Of a stretch of DNA of 64,000 nucleotides, positions 55,613 through 64,000 are shown one piece after another. Within the stretch, counting starts at the first letter, position 1. Each line of letters begins with the position of its first letter. Origin of the DNA: Elusimicrobiota bacterium. Lineage in GTDB: Bacteria; Elusimicrobiota; Elusimicrobia; UBA1565; UBA9628. The notes below the pieces were generated by a model that was given only the letters and a program-made list of their open reading frames with translations, was not told the DNA's origin and ran no database searches. The stretch covers positions 3,995-67,994 of the forward strand of contig JANRKA010000041.1 in NCBI GenBank assembly GCA_033875325.1. Reading direction: 5' to 3'. Made by a program: the position numbers and the translations under genes.

Positions 55613-55615
55613 GGC

Positions 55616-56278
55616 TTAGCGCCTCCCCCGCCGCCCGGCGGCGGCGCGCGCGGCGCGGTCGGCGCGTGTGGCCTTGGCGGCCGCGGACACCGAGGCGTCC
55701 TTGTCCCCGGCCAAACGCTCGAGCGCCTTGTCGGCGGCGGCGCCGGGGTGGCGCAGCAGGGCGCGCGCGGCGTGGCGGCGCACGCCCGGGTCCGCCTGCT
55801 CGGCCGCTGCGGCGAGGGCGACGGCGGCCTCGGTGGAGCGGGAGACCCCCAGCGAGGAGGCGGCGGCCCGGCGCACGTCCAAGTCGGCGTCCCCGGCCAA
55901 GGCGGCGATGAGGGCCCGGGCGGCGGCGCGGTCGTCGAGGCGGCCGAGCTCCTGTGCCGCGGCGACCCGCACGATGGGGGCGGTGTCGGAGCGCAGGGCC
56001 CGGGTCAAGGTCGGGAGCGCCGCGACGGGGTCGGCCGCGGCCAAGGCGCGCAGGAGCTCGTAGCGCACCTGGGGGTTGGACTCCATCGCGGCGGCGGCGT
56101 CGAGGTCCGCGGCGGAGGGAGCGCCGCGGCCGCGGCGCACGGCCAACTCGGCGGCCTCGCGGCGCTCCGCGGCGGTGCGGCCCCGCAGGTTCGCCTTGGC
56201 GCGGGCCGGGCGAGCGGGCTCCGCGGCCCAGACGGACGCGCACGCGCACGCCACACAGAACGCCGCCAGGGGCAGCAT
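55616..56278 (-). CDS. Exported HEAT-repeat protein
   Basis: Signal-like MLPLAAFCVACACASVWAAE (start could be at 56335); repeats 'VR.AAA..LG'; stop lies 3 nt before the giant gene start. Confidence 0.82.
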   Translation of the reverse strand: MLPLAAFCVACACASVWAAEPARPARAKANLRGRTAAERREAAELAVRRGRGAPSAADLDAAAAMESNPQVRYELLRALAAADPVAALPTLTRALRSDTAPIVRVAAAQELGRLDDRAAARALIAALAGDADLDVRRAAASSLGVSRSTEAAVALAAAAEQADPGVRRHAARALLRHPGAAADKALERLAGDKDASVSAAAKATRADRAARAAAGRRGRR

Positions 56279-56463
56279 TCTATATCGCGCGCGCGTAATG
56301 GAAGAAGAAGACGCAGTACGCCCGTAAAGGTTCATTCGAAGCCTTTAAGCTTAACGGGTCGTAAGTTCGGCCGGGTTACGGAAGTATGACCGGGACCGGG
56401 CCGCCGCAACGGATCGCTTTCAGCATGCCTCCAGGACGGAGGCAGGGGGGGTTGGAGAACGCC

Positions 56464-56949
56464 TTAACAGCGCAGGACTTCAGGACAACAACGACCGGCT
56501 TTCAAAGGGGCGGCCGCGGGGCGGGCATGGACGACGACCGCGGAGACCGACAGCAGGGCCACCACGGCCAACAGCAGCGCCGCGACCTTGGGCCGCGGGC
56601 CGGGCATGGCGACGGCTGCCAAAACGCGGGGCAGGCCGGCGGCGAGGCCGCGGAGGTTCGAGGCCGCGCGCTGCAGGACCTCGAGGGCCGACAGAAGGGC
56701 CGCGGCGTGCGCGAGCTTGGAGGCGAAGGCGTTGGCGGCGGCGCGGGCGGCGGAGGCCTGCTTGAGCTCGCCCAGGACTTTTTCGCCTGAAACCGGGCGG
56801 CCCAGCTCGTCGCGGATATCGAGGCCCCAGCGGTTGTCCACGGCGGCCATCGGGTTCACGCCCCGCGCGTCGAGACCGACCGTGGTCTCGGCGGCCGCCG
56901 GGCCCGCGAGGAACGCGAGCGCCAGGGCCAAAAAGAGGCCCGGCCCCAC
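56464..56949 (-). CDS. Small exported/membrane hypothetical protein ending CCPEVLRC
   Basis: GTG 56949 with AGAGGGG upstream (alternative ATG 57018); signal peptide LFLALALAFLAGPAAA; C-terminal TM VAALLLAVVALLSVSAVVV. Confidence 0.62.
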   Translation of the reverse strand: MGPGLFLALALAFLAGPAAAETTVGLDARGVNPMAAVDNRWGLDIRDELGRPVSGEKVLGELKQASAARAAANAFASKLAHAAALLSALEVLQRAASNLRGLAAGLPRVLAAVAMPGPRPKVAALLLAVVALLSVSAVVVHARPAAAPLKAGRCCPEVLRC

Positions 56950-57023
56950 CGGCCATCGTACCCCTCTATCCCGACGATGGCAGGTTAGGACCGGGCGAAA
57001 ACGGAGATATCCATTCATCGTTG

Positions 57024-57106
57024 TTTTCGGTAGCCAGGCGATCTCGGGCTTCCGAGACCCTTCGCTTTGCGCCCCGCTCTCGCGAACGGTTTGCCGGTTT
57101 GTCGCT
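57024..57106 (-). ncRNA. Cyclic di-GMP-I (GEMM) riboswitch
   Basis: Minus strand GGCAAACCGTTC-GCGA-GAGCGGGGCGCAAAGC...GGGTCT...GCCTGGCTACCGAA matches the class I consensus: GGCAAAC, P2 with GNRA loop, CGCAAAG, TACCGA. Confidence 0.9.
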
Positions 57107-57124
57107 CCAACGCGCGTCAACCCC

Positions 57125-57152
57125 AGTATACCCCCGAACGCCGATTTGTCAA
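57125..57152 (-). promoter_or_regulatory. sigma70 promoter TTGACA-N16-TATACT driving the riboswitch leader
   Basis: -35 at 57147-57152, -10 at 57125-57130, about 20 nt before the aptamer. Confidence 0.8.
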
Positions 57153-57271
57153 GACCCAGGGCCTTGACATGACCAGCTTCCGTCGCCTTCTTCATCGTCA
57201 GAGTCTGCATGAACGCAACAGGCCGAAACAGCCGCCGAACGGGCCGGGCGTCGGGCGCCGCACTATACAAT

Positions 57272-57300
57272 AAAAAAGCCCGCCCCGAAGGGCGGGCTTT
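57272..57300 (-). terminator. Rho-independent terminator after purA
   Basis: AAAGCCCGCCC-TTCG-GGGCGGGC-TTTTTT on the minus strand, 13 nt after the purA stop. Confidence 0.9.
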
Positions 57301-57313
57301 CTCTCTCGTCCGC

Positions 57314-59551
<2,238 letters not shown>

Positions 59552-59555
<4 letters not shown>

Positions 59556-60460
59556 CGGGAGACGCGCGGGTGCGCCGCGCGGTAGTCCTCCTGGAGCTTC
59601 TCCAGGGAGACGTGGGTGTAGATCTGGGTCGTCTGCAGGCTGGCGTGGCCGAGCATGTCCTGCACGGCGCGGATGTCGCAGCCGTGGTTGAGCATGTGCG
59701 TGGCGAAGGAGTGGCGCAGGACGTGGGGCGAGACCTTCTTGAGCACCGCGGTGCGCCTGACCCAGCGCCCGAAGACGAAGGCGACCCCGTCGGCCGACAG
59801 GCGGGCCCCCGACTTCGTCCCCGTGAACAGCGGCTCTCCCGCCGGCGGCATCCCGCGGTCGCGCAGGTACTCCCGGACGGCCGAAAGCGCGGTCCGGCCG
59901 ACGGGCACGACGCGCTCCTTGGAGCCTTTGCCGAACACGCGAACGGTGCCCTCCAGGAAGTCCACGTCGCCGACGCTCAACCCCGCGACCTCGGCCCGGC
60001 GCAGGCCCGAGGAGTAGATGAGCTCGATGAGGGCGCGGTCGCGCCTGCCCCAGCTCTCCGCCCCGAGGCTCGGCGTCAGCAGCGACGCCATCTCCGCCTC
60101 GCTGAGGAACTTGGGCAGCGGGCGCTGCCGCTTGGGCAGGGGCACGCCCAGCAGCGGGTCGCGCTTGAGCGTCCCCTCGGCGCGCAGGAACTTCACGAAA
60201 GAGCGCAGGGCCGAGATGCGGCGCAGGACGGTCGCGCGCGAGCGGGCCCCGTCCTTCTGGATGTCGGCGATGAAGGACCTGACGTGGACGCGCTCGATGC
60301 CCGAGGGGTCGAGCGCGGCGTTGCGGGCCGCGAAGGCCTCCAGGTCGGCCCGGTAGGCCCGCAGCGTGTGCTCCGACGCCCCCCGCGCGCCGCGCAGGTG
60401 GGTCAGGAACCTACCCACCTGCAGGCGCAGGGGGCCGTCGGGCGCGGCGTCGGTCTTCAC
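59552..60460 (-). CDS. xerC: Tyrosine recombinase XerC/XerD
   Basis: RDRALIELIYSSGLR, GKGSKERVVP, HVLRHSFATH, LGHASLQTTQIYTHV; dprA-topA-xer synteny. Confidence 0.88.
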
Positions 60461-60467
60461 CGGGTCG

Positions 60468-62936
60468 TCAGGCCGCCGGCGGCGCCGCCGACTTGGCCTT
60501 GCGGGCCTCGATCTGGGCTGCGCGCAGGGCTTCGCCCTCGACCTTCAGCTTCTCGCCCTCTTCCTTGGACACGGGCTTCAGGTTCCGGCACTTGGGGTAA
60601 CCCGGGCAGGTCAGGAAGAAGCCGCGTTTCCCGGTCCGCAGCCACATGTGCTTCTGGCACTTGTTGCAGGGGCGCGTGGTCTGCAGCGGGCGCGAACCCT
60701 CGATCTTCTTGCCGTCGGCGTCGAGCGAGAAGGTGTTCTTGCAGTCCGGGTAACCGGAGCAGGCCATGAAGCGGCCCTTGCGGCCGGTGCGGATGACCAT
60801 GTCCTTGCCGCAGAGGTCGCACTGCTCGCCGGTCTTCTCGAGCACCACCTTCTGCCCCTCGGGCGTGAGCTGTATCTTGCCCTTGCACTTGGGGAAGGTC
60901 GAGCAGGAGAGGTACTTGCCGAAGCGGCTCTCGCGGATGAGCATGGGCTCGGAGCAGATGGGGCACTTCTCGTCGGACATCTTGGGCTCGATGCGCGACG
61001 CCTCCATCTCCTTGCCCGCCTTCTCCAGCGCGCTGATGAAGGGCGCGTAGAAGGAGCGCACGATGTCGGTCCAACCCGCGCCGCCCTCGGCGATCTTGTC
61101 GAGCTGCGCCTCCACGTTCGCCGTGTAGGTCAGGCTCACCACGTCGGGGAAGTGGCCCTTGAGCTTCTCGGTGACCAACATGCCGAGCTCGGTGGGGATG
61201 AGCTTGCGGTCCTTCATGTTGCGGCGCACGTAGCCGCGGTCCACGATGGTCTTGATGGTCGGCGCGTAGGTGGAGGGGCGCCCGATGCCGTGTTTCTCCA
61301 TCGCGCGGATGAGCGAGGCTTCATTGTAATGCGGCGGCGGCGAGGTGTGGTGCTCCTCGGGCTTGAGCTCGACGAGCTTGAGGACGTCGCCTTCGGCCAG
61401 CGGCGGCAGGCGGCGCGCCTCCTCCTCCGGCTCCTCCTCCTCGCCCTCGGCGTCGCCCTTGGGAGCGTCGCGGTAGACGCGCAGGAAGCCCTCGAACTTG
61501 AGCGTGCGGCCGGTGCAGTGGAACACCGCCTGCCCGTTGCTGACGTCGGCGGCCGCCGTGTCGTAGATGGCCTCGATCATCTGGGAGGCGACGAAGCGCT
61601 TCCAGATGAGCTCGTAGAGGCGGGCCTGGTCGGGGTTGAGGAACTTGCGGACCTCGTCGGGCGTGCGCAGCACGCTCGTCGGCCGGATGGCCTCGTGGGC
61701 CTCCTGGGCGCCGCGCGACTTGGTCTGGTAGGTCGGGGGCTCGGCGGGCGCGAAGGTGCCGCCGTAGACGTCCTTCACGTAGGCCGCGCACTCCTCCGCC
61801 GCCGTTTTGGCGATGGAGAAGGAGTCCGTGCGCATGTAGGTGATGAGACCGACCGGCTCCTTGCCGCCGAGGTCGACGCCTTCGTAGAGGGACTGCGCCA
61901 CGCGCATGGTGCGCTCGGCGGCGAAGCCCATCTTCTGCGAGGCGGCCTGTTGGAGCGTCGAGGTGGAGAAGGGCGGCGGCGGACGGCGGCGCACCTCCTT
62001 CTTCTCGACCTTGATGACCTTGAACTGGCCGTCCTTGAGCGCGACGCAGACGGCGTCCACGGCCTCGGCGTCCTTGAGGGTCGTCGCCTTGACGCGGTAC
62101 TGCTCGGAGAACAGGTCGTAGGTGCGGGTGGTCTCGACCTTCTCGCCCTTGTAGAGCGAGAGTTTGGCGTCGAACACGGGCGGGGCGCCGGTCTTCTCGA
62201 GCGCGGCGGTCAGCGTCCAGTAGCCCTCGGAGCTGAACTCCTTGATCTCGCGCTCGCGCTCGGCGAGCAGGCGCACGGCGACCGACTGCACGCGGCCGGC
62301 GGAGAGGCCGGACTGGATCTTGGCCCAGAGCAGCGGCGAGAGCTTGTAGCCCACGAGGCGGTCGATGACGCGGCGGGCCTGTTGGGCGTGCACGAGGTTC
62401 TCGTCGATGGAGCGCGGCTCCTCGATGGCGGCCTTGATGGCCGTGGGCGTGATCTCGTGGAAGGTGATGCGCTTGACCTGGTCGGGCTTGAGCTTGAGCA
62501 TGTCCACGAGGTGCCAGGCGATGGACTCGCCTTCGCGGTCATGGTCGGTGGCCAGATAGACGAACGGAGACTTGGAGACCAGGGACTTGAACTCGGCCAA
62601 TATCTTCTTGGCGCGCGGCAGCACCACGTATTGCGGCTCGAAGTCGTCGTCCACGTCCACGCCGATCTTGCGCACGGGCAGGTCGCGGACGTGGCCGAAA
62701 GACGACCTCACCACGAAGTCGCTTTTAAGGAAGCGGGATATGGTGCGCTCCTTGGCCGGAGACTCGACGACCAGGAGGCTGGGGCCCTTGCGGGAAGACG
62801 CCTTGCTGTTGGAAGCCGGGGCGGCCGGGGCGGCTTTGGCCGCCTTCTCGGCCTTGGGCGCCTTGGCGGCCTTCACCTTCGGCTCGGCCTTGGCGTCGTC
62901 GGTCTTGGGCTTTTTTTCAGCGGGTTTTTTGGGCAT
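60468..62936 (-). CDS. topA: DNA topoisomerase I with Lys/Ala-rich N-extension and C-terminal zinc ribbons
   Basis: VVESPAK, ATDHDREGE, SAGRVQS, ITYMRTDS, AHEAIRP, GIGRPSTY, three Cys-rich ribbons; start MPKKPAEKK at 62936. Confidence 0.96.
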   Translation of the reverse strand: MPKKPAEKKPKTDDAKAEPKVKAAKAPKAEKAAKAAPAAPASNSKASSRKGPSLLVVESPAKERTISRFLKSDFVVRSSFGHVRDLPVRKIGVDVDDDFEPQYVVLPRAKKILAEFKSLVSKSPFVYLATDHDREGESIAWHLVDMLKLKPDQVKRITFHEITPTAIKAAIEEPRSIDENLVHAQQARRVIDRLVGYKLSPLLWAKIQSGLSAGRVQSVAVRLLAEREREIKEFSSEGYWTLTAALEKTGAPPVFDAKLSLYKGEKVETTRTYDLFSEQYRVKATTLKDAEAVDAVCVALKDGQFKVIKVEKKEVRRRPPPPFSTSTLQQAASQKMGFAAERTMRVAQSLYEGVDLGGKEPVGLITYMRTDSFSIAKTAAEECAAYVKDVYGGTFAPAEPPTYQTKSRGAQEAHEAIRPTSVLRTPDEVRKFLNPDQARLYELIWKRFVASQMIEAIYDTAAADVSNGQAVFHCTGRTLKFEGFLRVYRDAPKGDAEGEEEEPEEEARRLPPLAEGDVLKLVELKPEEHHTSPPPHYNEASLIRAMEKHGIGRPSTYAPTIKTIVDRGYVRRNMKDRKLIPTELGMLVTEKLKGHFPDVVSLTYTANVEAQLDKIAEGGAGWTDIVRSFYAPFISALEKAGKEMEASRIEPKMSDEKCPICSEPMLIRESRFGKYLSCSTFPKCKGKIQLTPEGQKVVLEKTGEQCDLCGKDMVIRTGRKGRFMACSGYPDCKNTFSLDADGKKIEGSRPLQTTRPCNKCQKHMWLRTGKRGFFLTCPGYPKCRNLKPVSKEEGEKLKVEGEALRAAQIEARKAKSAAPPAA

Positions 62937-64000
62937 ATCGTTGTCCGGGGACGAAAACCACCAAGGATTTGAGTTCGAGCCCAAACATTATAGAGGAAAG
63001 GCGTGCGGTGTCAAGGCCTGATGCCCTGGCCAGTTCATCTAAGGAGAGGGCGTCCGAGCCCAGCAAGGACAGGATACGCCCCTCCTCGTCCTCTAGGTCC
63101 GGGGGCGAACCTTCGTCGGGGCGGGTGGGCGCCGGCCGCCCCGCTCCGGGGGGCAGGACGGCCAGGATGTCGTCCAGGTTGCGGGCCAGACCCGCCCCGC
63201 CCGCCAGGAGCCTCAGCGGGACCTCCGACAGCGGGGAATCGGCCGGACCGGGCACGGCCAGCACCTCCCGCCCCTGCTCCAACGCCTGTTTGGCCGTGAC
63301 CCCGGAGCCGGAGCGGTGGCGCCCCTCGACCACGACCGTGGCCCAGGCCAGCCCCGAGACCAGACGGTTGCGGCGCGGGAAGTTGTCCGGCAACGGGGCC
63401 ATGTCCAGAGGCATCTCGGTGAGAAGGGCCCCGCCCGCGGCGACGAGCTCGCGGGCCAGATCGGCGTGCTCCGGCGGGTACAGACAGCCCAAACCCGAGC
63501 CGATGACGGCCCAGGTCGTCCCCCCCGCGTCGAGGGCGGCGCGGTGGGCCGCCGCGTCGATGCCGCGCGCCAACCCCGACACAACGACCAGCCCCGCGGC
63601 GGCCGCGTCGCCGGCCAGCCGGCGCGCCATGCGCAGGCCGTACGGCGTGGGCCCGCGCGAGCCGACCACCGCGACGGCATGGCGCGGCGCCAACTCGCCC
63701 AGCGCGTAGAGGGCCGTCGGCGGGTCGATGATGGAACGCAGGAGGTCCGGCAGCTCGTCGCAGTCCAGGACCCTCGCGCCCATCGCCTCGACGCGCTCCA
63801 GCTCGCGCTCGCCGTCGAAGGCGAGCGCGCGGGCGCGCGCGGCGCGCACGCGCTCCGCGTCGTTCCAGCCCATGATCAGGCCCCAACGCCGCTCGTCGAG
63901 CCGCGCGAGGTCCTCGCCCGACTCCAGCAGCCGTCGCGCCTTGGCGGCCGCGATGCCCGCGGCGTTGAGCCGCAGGAGCCACGGCCGCGGTCCTACAACA
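62917..64000 (-). CDS. dprA: DNA-processing protein DprA (5' end probably beyond the window)
   Basis: AVVGSR, VVSGLARGIDAAAH, NFPRRNRLVSGL, VVEG...SGS; frame stays open from 63873 to the window edge. Confidence 0.93.
   Translation of the reverse strand, partial: VVGPRPWLLRLNAAGIAAAKARRLLESGEDLARLDERRWGLIMGWNDAERVRAARARALAFDGERELERVEAMGARVLDCDELPDLLRSIIDPPTALYALGELAPRHAVAVVGSRGPTPYGLRMARRLAGDAAAAGLVVVSGLARGIDAAAHRAALDAGGTTWAVIGSGLGCLYPPEHADLARELVAAGGALLTEMPLDMAPLPDNFPRRNRLVSGLAWATVVVEGRHRSGSGVTAKQALEQGREVLAVPGPADSPLSEVPLRLLAGGAGLARNLDDILAVLPPGAGRPAPTRPDEGSPPDLEDEEGRILSLLGSDALSLDELARASGLDTARLSSIMFGLELKSLVVFVPGQRYAQKTR
62987..63014 (-). promoter_or_regulatory. Perfect-consensus sigma70 promoter TTGACA-N16-TATAAT inside dprA, about 50 nt upstream of topA
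   Basis: TTGACA at 63009-63014, TATAAT at 62987-62992. Confidence 0.8.

Noticed and set aside
20012-55612. Giant ORF as NRPS/PKS, RTX or RHS/YD toxin
   Set aside because: No A/C/KS/ACP motifs, GGxGxD nonapeptides or RHS core seen; the repeats are Ig-like
56480-56956. 158-aa ORF starting at the ATG right after the SD-like AGAGGGG
   Set aside because: Translation is off-frame-like (R/P/G-rich); the overlapping frame gives a clean signal peptide and TM helix
57024-57106. c-AMP-GMP-sensing (GEMM-Ib) variant of the riboswitch
   Set aside because: The position equivalent to Vc2 nucleotide 20 is G, not A

Overview
High-GC bacterial chromosomal segment, almost entirely coded on the minus strand. 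The gene style is suggestive of Elusimicrobiota, but this is an inference and was not verified. More than half of the window (20012-55612) is a single 11,866-aa predicted secreted protein. It has an N-terminal signal/anchor, Trp-rich propeller-like repeats, about 49 Ig-like repeats organised in an ~11-domain (~4.3 kb) super-repeat, about 17 invasin-like Ig repeats, 8 Ca-loop repeats, four phage-structural-like modules, an FN3 domain and a C-terminal 'NYPNPF' FlgD-Ig/T9SS-CTD-like domain. It is bracketed by two signal-peptide HEAT-repeat genes. Upstream are a small exported protein, a c-di-GMP-I (GEMM) riboswitch and a sigma70 promoter. Downstream are a CHASE2 adenylate cyclase and a DUF3307 membrane protein. 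This apparently cyclic-nucleotide-linked giant surface-protein locus is the best candidate for an undescribed system. Left of it lie a split histidine-utilisation pathway (thiolase-hutH-hutU-yajQ and hutI-HAD-ALDH-ftcD), a secreted HELLGH-motif protein and a partial FG-GAP/CRTAC1 gene. Right of it is the housekeeping block dprA-topA-xerC-hypothetical-purA. Small signals include a DnaA-box cluster between hutH and hutU, REP-like palindromes overlapping stop codons, leaderless promoters, and a perfect TTGACA-N16-TATAAT promoter inside dprA. No rRNA, tRNA, CRISPR array or transposase was seen.
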